From IMG/VR virus record IMGVR_UViG_3300034782_000062, positions 32,001 to 96,000 of that record: a stretch of 64,000 nt of DNA; one strand, 5' to 3'. The notes under the pieces were generated by a model, which was not told the origin of the DNA, searched no databases, and worked only from the letters and a program-made list of their open reading frames with translations. Position numbers and translations under genes: made by a program. Of the stretch, positions 1-8,716 are shown one piece after another. Position 1 is the stretch's first letter; the number at the start of each line of letters is the position of its first letter. Source of the stretch: a virus.

Positions 1-189
1 TGGCAGCAAGCTTGATCGCCGGCTTCCGCTTCTGGAAACCCGGACGGAACAGGCGAATACCATTGACGAAAACACAGACGCGCCAGACCTTCCCACGAAC
101 AGGAGAGTCTTGCAGCTTGACGACGACGAGCATCGTCTTCTCAGGCTGCTGCTGTTTCTCCGTCTTTGGCGCTGCATAGGTCACAGGGA

Positions 190-642
190 CTACCTGTAGC
201 TCCTGCGACTTCGCCTCGCTCGTGTCCGCTCACGTCGGCTTCGAGCACGCCTCGCACTCCTGAGCATCGCCGCCTTCTCTTGCTTCGCCGCTTGCTTTGC
301 CTCGCCGGATCCATACTTCGCGATCCAGTTGACCACATCGGCGCAGGTCGGGAACTCCGTCTCGGAACACCTTCCTGCCTGGACGTAGGTTAGGGCTTTG
401 CGCTGGTGATACTGATCACCAACCGGCCACCGGCACTTGCCTCCCTTTCTGGAGATGCATCGGCTGCTGGCAGCCTTGCGAGAAGTGCGAGAGCTGCGAG
501 TCTCGTAACGCCGCGGGTTTGCCACCGCGCCTTCGAGCGCAAGCTCTTCTTCGAGCATCGCCGTCTCGTCTCCCTTGGTGAGGAGCTTCACGACGGCGTA
601 CCCCAAGCCGGCTCCGAGAGCGACTTGCAAAAATGGATGCAT
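190..642 (-). CDS. Small membrane protein, N-terminal TM helix, basic C-terminus (putative virion protein)
   Basis: Start MHPFLQVALGAG at 642 overlaps the upstream stop (TGATG); hydrophobic N-terminus; ANP motif. Confidence 0.7.
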   Translation of the reverse strand: MHPFLQVALGAGLGYAVVKLLTKGDETAMLEEELALEGAVANPRRYETRSSRTSRKAASSRCISRKGGKCRWPVGDQYHQRKALTYVQAGRCSETEFPTCADVVNWIAKYGSGEAKQAAKQEKAAMLRSARRARSRRERTRARRSRRSYR

Positions 643-1187
643 CACTGACCCCTTCTGTGACGCAGCATATGCTCGGCAGCAGCGTTGACCTTCTTCATCG
701 CCTTTTCGCGCTGAACACGATCTTGCTCGTCTCTCGCATGGTCCGGATGAACCTGACGAGCCTTCTGCTTCCGAGCAGCTTCGATATCCTCCTCCTTGGC
801 GTACCAGTCGACCCCCAGAATATCCCAGGGTTGCTCTGGATATGGCCAACGAGCCTCTTCTTGCTGTGCGTGTTGGTTCTGATAGTTGGCGTAGTGTGGC
901 GGAGGTTCGACGGTCACAAATTCGAAGTGGTGAGAGATGCAATCGGCACAGATGACATTGTAGCGGTCGACGGCCACGGCGTTGACGAACACGTGAACAC
1001 GACAGACGAACCGACCACAAGCCTGGCACTTGACGATCGTCGGCGAATAGCAGAAAGCGCACTTCGGCGCGACCTGTCTCGCTGTCTCGACGACCTTCTG
1101 AGCACCGCTTCCAATCAGCTCATCGAGCATGGACCCAAACATCGTTTTGGCCCAGCCCCCGGCCTTCTGCTTCGGTTGTCCTGGCAA
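642..1187 (-). CDS. Zinc-finger plus C-terminal J-domain (DnaJ-like co-chaperone)
   Basis: CAFC...CQAC..CRVH...CADC; WDILGV...ARQVHPD...MKKVNAA with the HPD tripeptide; TTG start right after the upstream stop. Confidence 0.8.
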   Translation of the reverse strand: MPGQPKQKAGGWAKTMFGSMLDELIGSGAQKVVETARQVAPKCAFCYSPTIVKCQACGRFVCRVHVFVNAVAVDRYNVICADCISHHFEFVTVEPPPHYANYQNQHAQQEEARWPYPEQPWDILGVDWYAKEEDIEAARKQKARQVHPDHARDEQDRVQREKAMKKVNAAAEHMLRHRRGQ

Positions 1188-1718
1188 CTACATCTCCATA
1201 TCGAGCAGCGACCACTTGCTGTTGGGGTTGCCGCCCGAGGCTCTCGGGATCGGACCAGCCGCTCCCGGCGTCTGAGAAACCGGCATGATTCCACCGGACA
1301 TTGCTGGAGCACCTCCGTTAGGAGGGACGCCGTTGCCGTTGGGCAGAGCACCGCCATTCATCATGGCCTGGGCCTGTTGATTCATGGCCTGCATCTGAGC
1401 CGGTGGGAGCGCGCCAGCAACGGTTTGACCGTTGGGTAGAGCGGCTCCGTTCTGCGGAGCCTGTGCGACGGTCGGATAGTGCATGACCATCGAGACCGCA
1501 TAGGCTCCCGCAACCCCTGCGACTGCCACCGCCGCGTTCGCCATGCCCCTCTTGTGAAGGTAGTAGGCCAACCCGGCTCCGGCGCCAGCAGCGAGGACTT
1601 TGTGAGTGGTAGAAGATTGTCGCCATCGTGTGATTGGCGCCTTGGCAACGTCGGTGAGCATCCCAGAAAGACCGGAGAGCCCAGCGAGCGCCGCCAGAGA
1701 ATTTCTAGCAGCGTTCAT
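1188..1718 (-). CDS. Membrane protein, two TM helices, Q/P/G/N-rich tail
   Basis: Hydrophobic segments VLAAGAGAGLAYYL and AAVAVAGVAGAYAVSMV. Confidence 0.7.
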   Translation of the reverse strand: MNAARNSLAALAGLSGLSGMLTDVAKAPITRWRQSSTTHKVLAAGAGAGLAYYLHKRGMANAAVAVAGVAGAYAVSMVMHYPTVAQAPQNGAALPNGQTVAGALPPAQMQAMNQQAQAMMNGGALPNGNGVPPNGGAPAMSGGIMPVSQTPGAAGPIPRASGGNPNSKWSLLDMEM

Positions 1719-1722
1719 GGTC

Positions 1723-2253
1723 CTAGCCCTTCGTATCGACGATCCTGAAGACCTTGCGCGGATACTTCGCCTCCAGCGCAGCCTGCTTCTTCCGTGCCGA
1801 GGTCAGCAGCTTGTGCGAGGACTGGTAGCGCATGCTTCCATCCACCACGACATAGCGCTGACAACGCGTCGGACAAGCCCTGACCGTCACGGACGAGCCC
1901 TTGCGACGCTTCGGCGTGGCGCGCTTTGCGGCCGTCTTGCGCTTCGGCGCGGCCTTTTTGGTGGTTCTCTTGCGCTTCGGCGCGGCCTTGCGAGTGGCCG
2001 TCTTCTTGAGACCGTAGGCCTCCTTCACCATGGTCGGCGTAACGCCTGCGCGTCTCTTGCCCATCTTGGTGAAGAGCTTCTGGTCGCGCTGCGACATCGG
2101 TCGGCCAGCGCAAGGCTTCCCCGTCACGGGGTGGCCCTTGACGTCCTTGCCCCAGGTTAGCCCCTTCTTCTTCGCCGGGTTCTTCCTCGCGGGCTTGCGG
2201 CCCGTGTTCCGGCGAACTGTCTTCTTTCGAGCATTTTTTCTTGCGGTCGCCAT
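1723..2253 (-). CDS. Lys/Arg-rich basic protein (putative DNA-condensing core protein)
   Basis: KKAAPKRK repeats; HPVTG..GRPMS.RD.KLF segment shared with the 8717-12232 protein. Confidence 0.75.
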   Translation of the reverse strand: MATARKNARKKTVRRNTGRKPARKNPAKKKGLTWGKDVKGHPVTGKPCAGRPMSQRDQKLFTKMGKRRAGVTPTMVKEAYGLKKTATRKAAPKRKRTTKKAAPKRKTAAKRATPKRRKGSSVTVRACPTRCQRYVVVDGSMRYQSSHKLLTSARKKQAALEAKYPRKVFRIVDTKG

Positions 2254-2266
2254 CGCGGCACCCTCC

Positions 2267-2851
2267 TTAGTTCATGAACTCCCGAGGCCGCTCCCTCGGG
2301 AGCAGCGTTTTCGCCTGTGCCGCTGTCCTCGGCCAGACGCGTTGGCCATCTCTATACGTGCGAATATGTTTCCCTCGCGGTCCTCCGCGAAAGATTTTTC
2401 TCGTTTTTCCAGTCTGTGATCCAATTCTAGCAAAATCTTGAGCAGATCTCAGAGGATAGCCGCCAGGGTGGTATTTGCTTCCTGGCTGAGGGTAGAGCAC
2501 CCTCTCTCCGACGACCTTGACGACGTAGCGATCTGAGCGGACATTTTCCTCCAGCTCGTCGTCGCCGAGATTCTCTTCAATCTCTCGTTCGTCCTCTTTT
2601 CTCGTGTAGAGGTAGAAGACGAACCAGGCCAAACCGCCCAACAGCAGGCCCTTCGCCCAGATCGGCGTCTGAGACATCGCATCGCCCAGAGGAGGCTGCG
2701 GCGTTTGAGCTTGCTGCTGTCGACGACGGTAATACAGCCCGAGTGCGATCGCGCCGACGCCCACCGCCAAGGCAACATCCCCAGGACGAACTTTCCAGGT
2801 CTCTTCCGATGGATTGATGAGCGTCAGGACTTCGACTGGATTTTCTCTCAT
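2267..2851 (-). CDS. Two-TM membrane protein
   Basis: Two hydrophobic helices, each followed by basic residues; ENP/INP motifs. Confidence 0.7.
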   Translation of the reverse strand: MRENPVEVLTLINPSEETWKVRPGDVALAVGVGAIALGLYYRRRQQQAQTPQPPLGDAMSQTPIWAKGLLLGGLAWFVFYLYTRKEDEREIEENLGDDELEENVRSDRYVVKVVGERVLYPQPGSKYHPGGYPLRSAQDFARIGSQTGKTRKIFRGGPRGKHIRTYRDGQRVWPRTAAQAKTLLPRERPREFMN

Positions 2852-2860
2852 CGTCGCCCC

Positions 2861-3694
2861 CTACACCACGACCGCCCCAGTCGATATCCAAGTTTCAGCC
2901 GGCACTCCTTGGAATGCGCTGACCCAAGAGTTGTAGTTTGCCCCTGATCCCCATGTCTCTTCCATAACCGATTCGCAGGGCTGCCCGATGGCTGAGCGCG
3001 AAACAGGGCACTCGCGTGCTCCTGGATTTGCAGAAACGTGACCGGGGGCAGTATGCCCACCGTGCTCAATACCCCAGAGCACGCCTGGTGTCTGGGCCAT
3101 CTCATCTCGCACCTGAGCAATGAAGCTTCGCTCTCCTCCATCTTCGTAGGAAGCGCTGCTCCATCCGGACTCGCCTGGATTACTCGCAGAGGAGCAACCA
3201 GCCCAGCCAATCCAGCCGCCTGCTGCCATTCGAGGCCCAACCTCGCGAGCAAACGTTCGATGAGACATCCACGTCGGGAGCTGATCGTCTCCGACACGAA
3301 TTCCAGAGTGGCCAGGGCGCATGTACTGTGTCGTCGTCCCGTGGCCCACCATGATGAGATTCTTGATTCTGCGATAACGCCTCACCGCATCGAGAACATC
3401 TTGCGCGTTTCGAGCTGGATAGAGAGCCGCTCCAATGTTCGCCGCGATTCGCTCGCCAACGTGTCGGAACTCGCCAGCACCATCTCCCTCGGCGACGTAG
3501 ATGACAACGTTGTCTCCCGTCGTTACGACAGCGGTGTAGATGACACCACCGATGAGAATGGCCACGCTCAGGCCACCGGCCGCGAGCAGCAGCGGCCTTT
3601 CTTTAAGGTGATCAATGAAGTCACGCGCGACACTGAAGAATCGAGGATTCTCGTTCCACTCGTACTCAACGATGTCGGCGTCGTACTGCATCAA
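2861..3694 (-). CDS. Membrane-anchored candidate clan-CD (caspase-like / DUF4347-like) cysteine peptidase
   Basis: N-terminal TM; LIMVGHG and IGWAGCSS resemble the His-Gly and Gly-Cys dyad strands of the caspase-hemoglobinase fold. Confidence 0.45.
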   Translation of the reverse strand: MMQYDADIVEYEWNENPRFFSVARDFIDHLKERPLLLAAGGLSVAILIGGVIYTAVVTTGDNVVIYVAEGDGAGEFRHVGERIAANIGAALYPARNAQDVLDAVRRYRRIKNLIMVGHGTTTQYMRPGHSGIRVGDDQLPTWMSHRTFAREVGPRMAAGGWIGWAGCSSASNPGESGWSSASYEDGGERSFIAQVRDEMAQTPGVLWGIEHGGHTAPGHVSANPGARECPVSRSAIGQPCESVMEETWGSGANYNSWVSAFQGVPAETWISTGAVVV

Positions 3695-5181
3695 GCCACC
3701 GCCGATCGTCGTCGTGCGTTGTCCGCTGTGATAAAGATGTTTCCAGCCACGTTCACGGCATCGGCCGAGCCCTCCAGACCCGTTCCGGCCGCACGGAAGT
3801 CAGTCCTCGTTCCGATAGGATTCGGCACCTGGCCAGCGACGAACCGCTGCACTAGATTCGTCAGCGCAGGTGGAAAATCCGTCCAGGGCTTCGATCGAAG
3901 CGCACGCCGAAAAGCAACTCTCTCTGGAGTACACATGTCGGGGCTACTCGGACAGCGCCCAGAGTTTGGATCTACCCACGCCGGGTTAATTGGCTGCGAA
4001 TAGGCCTGAACGAATGACCCAAGTGTCGGATAAAGCTGACGCTTCTGCCCAACTGTCATGTAGTGGTTCGCGTAGGCCCACAACACCGCCGACGCACCCT
4101 GCTGAACATCGCTCTGACTCCAGGCCGACGGTGTCCTGCTGACCTCTCCCCAGATGGAGCGCGCCAGCCAGAGCATGTCGTCCTGAGTAATCTGGTACGG
4201 AGCTTCGCCGGGGAAGTGCATGACGCCATTGACGATTTGAGCCCCAGAAGAGAAGCTACTCTGCGCTGTCTTGACGATGCGGTAAATCGCATAACCCAAC
4301 AGCACCATCGCTCCTGCGCCAAGCAGCGCGATAAGCGGCCTTTCCTTGAAAAAGTCAACAATCTCGACGAAACGTTGAGCAAGCGTCCGCGGGCGGTTGT
4401 ACATCATCGCCCGGCTCAAACGTCGTTCTGCCAGCTCTCGATTCCGCACCATTGGGCGAACGTCCTGAAGACTCGCCTCGCACAGACGACCAACTCTCTG
4501 TGTCTCCTCTAAAATTTTGAACTGACAGGGATCGCAAGCCTCCGGAGCGATTCCTACCTCATCAATATCCAGGGAGAGCTGCCTGTCTTCATATTCCTGT
4601 TCGTCCGCATGGACCTGGTCCGGCACCACAAAGACACGCTCAACCTTCTTGCGCTTGCGCCTCTGGGGCACGACGATGACTTCACGCACCGTCTCTTCTT
4701 CATCTTCATTCCGGTCGATCAGGGCTTCAGCAACCAGGGCTTCTAGTCGACGAATATCCTTACGGATATCGTCGTCAAGACGCTCAGTTCGCCGACGAGT
4801 CTCACGGCGCTCGGACTTCGAGGTCTTCTTTCGGCGACGTTTCCCTGACTTGGAAACAAACTGACCGGATTCCTTACTGCGCCTGACCTTGGTGCCCGGA
4901 ACGATGCCCTCTTCAAGAGCACTCTCATAGGCCCTCCGCTCGGAAGCGCTCCACTCATCCATGGGAAGGAACTGTCCGGTCTCAGGATCCTGAGGAGGAA
5001 TCCAAACGTCCTTAGTCGTCTTGCGGCGCTTTCCCTTCTTCTTGACGACTGGATTCTTGAACGCACCTTCCCTTTTCAGGCGGTCGAACGTGCGCTGATC
5101 CTTCTTGCTCCACAACTCACGAGGTAGAAAGGTTCCATCCTCTCCCCGTGGTGGCGTAAATGTTGTCTGACGCTTGGACAT
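3691..5181 (-). CDS. Membrane-anchored cell-wall hydrolase (SleB/Hydrolase_2-like C-terminal domain) with charged N-terminus
   Basis: DMLWLARSIWGEVS...AVLWAYAN resembles the SleB LAR.I.GE catalytic-Glu motif; TM at about residues 290-310. Confidence 0.55.
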   Translation of the reverse strand: MSKRQTTFTPPRGEDGTFLPRELWSKKDQRTFDRLKREGAFKNPVVKKKGKRRKTTKDVWIPPQDPETGQFLPMDEWSASERRAYESALEEGIVPGTKVRRSKESGQFVSKSGKRRRKKTSKSERRETRRRTERLDDDIRKDIRRLEALVAEALIDRNEDEEETVREVIVVPQRRKRKKVERVFVVPDQVHADEQEYEDRQLSLDIDEVGIAPEACDPCQFKILEETQRVGRLCEASLQDVRPMVRNRELAERRLSRAMMYNRPRTLAQRFVEIVDFFKERPLIALLGAGAMVLLGYAIYRIVKTAQSSFSSGAQIVNGVMHFPGEAPYQITQDDMLWLARSIWGEVSRTPSAWSQSDVQQGASAVLWAYANHYMTVGQKRQLYPTLGSFVQAYSQPINPAWVDPNSGRCPSSPDMCTPERVAFRRALRSKPWTDFPPALTNLVQRFVAGQVPNPIGTRTDFRAAGTGLEGSADAVNVAGNIFITADNARRRSAVA

Positions 5182-5363
5182 TACTTCGTAACTCTCCGAT
5201 GCTGCGAAGCATTAGCAAGGGTGTCAGGGGCCGGCCCCATAAGACTCAAGGTTACCCTCCTTCTTTTATTTAAGCACCCTGGTCTCGTATATTGACCCAG
5301 GACACCCTTGATAACACCCCGCAACACTCGGGTCTTATTCTTCGCTCTCTTCCTCCTCGTCAT
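5181..5363 (-). CDS. Small basic protein
   Basis: 60 aa; GAGGAG RBS; TAATG coupling to the downstream gene. Confidence 0.35.
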   Translation of the reverse strand: MTRRKRAKNKTRVLRGVIKGVLGQYTRPGCLNKRRRVTLSLMGPAPDTLANASQHRRVTK

Positions 5364-6231
5364 TCTCCTCAGGAGCTGGATTCTCTTCAGGCTCTTCCTC
5401 TTCCAGCTCTTCGATCTTCTCGCCGTTCACGGTTGCGAAGAACCTGTCTTGCTCATCATCTGACAGGTTTTCGAGCTGAGCGGCGAGCTTCTCGCCAGGG
5501 CTGAGTCCCGGATTTCTTTCGGGCGGGAAAAGAGCGTTTTTGACAAAGCCAGTGACCTTCTCCGTCAGAGTTTCTTCTTCTGGATTTTTCCGCAGCTCCG
5601 ACTCTTCGCGCATGGCCTTGCCGACGGCCTTTCCCATCACGCGAACACGCTCCAGCTCGACCTCTCGCTTCTGCTCCGCCGCTTTGGTGGTCCGGTAGTA
5701 CACAAGACCACCGAGGCCGACGGCTCCAACAGCCGCGACGCCCCAGATGTTGTCACTGAGTGCCTGGAGCCCTCTCTCTAGAGGCGTGGCCGTCTGCTGC
5801 TGGTTCCCCTCCTCGATGGTTGTCAGATAGTCGAACACAGAGAAGACACCAGCGCCGATTGAGATCGCCACTGCCGCCACGGCGAATGGCACTCCCCCCA
5901 TGGGGAGCTGTTCTTCAAGACCTTCTGGAATACCGGCTTGCATCTCTTGGCGAGACGGCTCGTGACCCCTGAGCACCGACAAGAACTGCCGAAGCTGTTC
6001 GACAGCTCTCTGCTCCATCTGAGGGTCTCGATTCGAACGCAGAACCATCTGGACCTGCTGCGGCGTCATCATCGCTGCTCGCATCCCTGCAGCGCGCTCG
6101 TTGTTCTTGCGGCGAAGCTTGTGAAAGCGTGCAATGACTGCGCGAACCTTCGCAATGGTGTCGCGCATCTCCCTTTCTTGCTCAGGAGATGCCATCGCCA
6201 TTTGTTCTTGCATGAATTGAGGCTGTGTCAT
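5335..6231 (-). CDS. Two-TM membrane protein with acidic tail
   Basis: Probable start MTQPQ at 6231 (ATGA overlap, GGAG 8 nt upstream); KNP/RNP/ENP motifs. Confidence 0.7.
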   Translation of the reverse strand: MTQPQFMQEQMAMASPEQEREMRDTIAKVRAVIARFHKLRRKNNERAAGMRAAMMTPQQVQMVLRSNRDPQMEQRAVEQLRQFLSVLRGHEPSRQEMQAGIPEGLEEQLPMGGVPFAVAAVAISIGAGVFSVFDYLTTIEEGNQQQTATPLERGLQALSDNIWGVAAVGAVGLGGLVYYRTTKAAEQKREVELERVRVMGKAVGKAMREESELRKNPEEETLTEKVTGFVKNALFPPERNPGLSPGEKLAAQLENLSDDEQDRFFATVNGEKIEELEEEEPEENPAPEENDEEEESEE

Positions 6232-6914
6232 CGTTGCTGCTCCAAGATCTCCTCGATAATGTTCGAGTCGATGAGCCATCCCTCAACACGAAAGCCAACG
6301 GTGCCAATGGGAACTGGCGAGACTGCCCTGTTGATATAGTAGGCTTCCACCTCTCGCCCTGACTTCGCATAAAGAGAGAACTCCACCTCACGGGAACCAA
6401 CGCGATCACCCAAAAACGGGAAGTAAGCTCTGTCTTCAGCAGGCAAAAGCGGCTGCACCCTTGTCGAACGAATTTCGACTGGCACTACCTCACCTATCTC
6501 GAAGAAGCATTGAACCGACCCCTCGATGACCCCGGGGGGGAGCAGCTCACCAAGACCGAAAGCAGCTTTGGCGAAGAAGTACATGTTGTCGATGACGAGG
6601 GTCCGATCGGAAGGCACATTGAAGCTGAGTATGGGGAATCGCCGCCCCAGAGGGACTGTGCTGAACTCGACCTCGTCGGTGAGATCGACGAAGACTATCT
6701 GCTCGTCTTGAAGACGGGAATAGAAGTCCTTAACCAGCCTGACACGACGGGCATCTTTTTTGCCGCCGCTGATAGGCTTCGCCCTGAGCATATCCGGGTC
6801 CAGTCCATAGACCTTCTCCCGAACCTGGGGATTGATCACACCGGGTTCTTTGTGGTCGCGCCTGACCAATGGCCCGATCGGAATACCGTGGCGCTTTTTT
6901 CGTCCGCCACCCAT
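6228..6914 (-). CDS. Beta-rich protein, candidate jelly-roll minor capsid/penton protein
   Basis: Alternating hydrophobic strands ending GFRVEGWL; basic N-terminal arm ending VINP; adjacent to two other candidates. Confidence 0.45.
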   Translation of the reverse strand: MGGGRKKRHGIPIGPLVRRDHKEPGVINPQVREKVYGLDPDMLRAKPISGGKKDARRVRLVKDFYSRLQDEQIVFVDLTDEVEFSTVPLGRRFPILSFNVPSDRTLVIDNMYFFAKAAFGLGELLPPGVIEGSVQCFFEIGEVVPVEIRSTRVQPLLPAEDRAYFPFLGDRVGSREVEFSLYAKSGREVEAYYINRAVSPVPIGTVGFRVEGWLIDSNIIEEILEQQR

Positions 6915-6917
6915 CGA

Positions 6918-7688
6918 CTACATCTCCAGCGGCTGCAGCACCTTGAAGCCGTCGAATGTAATCTTGAGCTGAAGGTTGACGGGACCTGAATCGATTTCTT
7001 CACCCGACCCGATCGAAAGGATTGGAACAGCTCTGAGGGGGTTGCAGATGAAGCTGATCGTCGTGCCGGCAGCGAAGATTTCATTGTTCATGAAATATCC
7101 GTCGTCGTCACGGCGAAACAGGATATCCCCGCTGATAGGCTTGTCCTGACGGTTTCGCTCGCTTCCGCCATCGCTGTACTGCCACTCGAAATCGAGAGGC
7201 GGCGCTATGTAGCCATCGAATGGAGGTGTACCGGTACTGAACGCAAGCTGAGCTGCGTCACGTGCCCAGTTGAAGTACTCAACCCTCGAAGTGACAGGTG
7301 CAAACCGACCGATAAAGTCGGTATAGTCCGCTGTTCCGAGACCGATCACCTCCAACGATGGGGCTTCGGTGTAGATGAGCGAAGCAAACAGTCTTCGGGC
7401 GATGAATGGACCGTCTCGGCTGACGTTCACCGTCCCCGTCACGGGAGCCTGAGACCCACCTGGCAGGTTGATGTTGATCTGATACTTGTACGGGAGTTGC
7501 TTGCCAGGCATGTCGTCGATGTGAACTTCTTGGCGCTCCAGCGTCTCGCGAGCCTTCCGTTCATCCGCCAGCTCGGCAGAAAGGCGCTGGTTTTCGACAA
7601 CAGCCTCATCGATCTGCCCCTGAAGCTTGCGCAGTTCGAACGCGACCTCAGGTGCAATAACTCGCCGCTTTCCGTTGTTGTTTGGCAT
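6918..7688 (-). CDS. Candidate single-jelly-roll capsid protein with N-terminal coiled coil
   Basis: YKYQINI..., GPFIARRL, final strand LQLKITFDGFKV; GGAGG RBS. Confidence 0.55.
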   Translation of the reverse strand: MPNNNGKRRVIAPEVAFELRKLQGQIDEAVVENQRLSAELADERKARETLERQEVHIDDMPGKQLPYKYQININLPGGSQAPVTGTVNVSRDGPFIARRLFASLIYTEAPSLEVIGLGTADYTDFIGRFAPVTSRVEYFNWARDAAQLAFSTGTPPFDGYIAPPLDFEWQYSDGGSERNRQDKPISGDILFRRDDDGYFMNNEIFAAGTTISFICNPLRAVPILSIGSGEEIDSGPVNLQLKITFDGFKVLQPLEM

Positions 7689-7880
7689 CCTTCCAACCTC
7701 CCGTCATGAACGGGGTAACAGCTCATTGCGAGCCGCCTCTGGCCGGAACGATGTTAAGATTGCCGCACAGACCGGCCAGGACAATGATGGGTATCAGCCC
7801 CTCCCGTCACCAGGACGAGAGGGGCGTCACCTCACTTTTTCGCGTCAGAGACTCTAAGGGGCTCTAACCCCTTGAAATCC

Positions 7881-8528
7881 CTACTGAACCTCGCGAGTTC
7901 CGAGACCGTCAAGGAAGTACTTGATATCCTTGGCGATGTCGTCTTCGAGATTCAGTGCCTGCACCAGGTCGTGGTCCGCGGTGTTCGCCATGGGGAAGAC
8001 CTCTGCGAGAACTTCGATACCCTGGCGGGGCGGGACGGCGATCGGGCGACCGAGGCGAAGCAGAGCCGAGTGGCTGGGCACGCCGTTGTTGATGAGGACA
8101 AGCGAGGTGTCCCCACCGATGTCGCCGTAGATGCCGGCTGCCATGGGCACGTAGTGGGTGCCCGACACGAACTGCGGCTTGTCGCCGATGGCGACCGTCC
8201 AGAAGAGCTGGGCCTGGCACTGCAGGTACAGCCTGTGGACGTAGTAGGCCGGCGATCCGACCAAGCCGGACGTCAGCTCACCCGCACGGAAGTGCGTGAG
8301 GCAGCGGAGCGCCTTGATCTTGAAGGTCCGGTCGGCGACGAGCTGACCGGCGATCTTCATGTTGGTCCAGGCCCTGTTACCGAGGTTTGTCCCCGAGAAC
8401 AGACGGGTCTGGGTGCTCACCGGCTGACCGTTCGGGCCGATGTTCGTGGTCGCGTCCGACACGCCTCGGCAGAGGGTGTCGTACAGGGGCTGATGCAGAC
8501 GCTCGATGACGCCAACGATTGCAGGCAT
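7881..8528 (-). CDS. Candidate single-jelly-roll major capsid protein
   Basis: QPLYDT...TNM..GQL...F.I...NG.P...L..PI..P..Q...LDG pattern; strong GGAGG RBS, structured 5' UTR and highly biased codons suggest high expression. Confidence 0.6.
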   Translation of the reverse strand: MPAIVGVIERLHQPLYDTLCRGVSDATTNIGPNGQPVSTQTRLFSGTNLGNRAWTNMKIAGQLVADRTFKIKALRCLTHFRAGELTSGLVGSPAYYVHRLYLQCQAQLFWTVAIGDKPQFVSGTHYVPMAAGIYGDIGGDTSLVLINNGVPSHSALLRLGRPIAVPPRQGIEVLAEVFPMANTADHDLVQALNLEDDIAKDIKYFLDGLGTREVQ

Positions 8529-8716
8529 GTCTTTTCTCCTCCCGTTTTGATTCAGCCCTTGCGGGCCTAGCGGGTGGTCGTCCCGCTGTCTTACCTGCTA
8601 CCCCTCTCCGCGGGGCCAAACACTCCGAAATAATGTTCAAGGCCTCGGGGAAGGCGGTCGGAGAAACCGCTTTTCGGGGTGCACGTCCCTATCCCCGAGA
8701 CCATGATGACGATCAG

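Noticed and set aside
1-177. LLFVGRSGASV in a minus-strand frame at the left edge, resembling a packaging-ATPase Walker A
   Set aside because: Lacks the GK[ST] residues and the frame is truncated and ambiguous.
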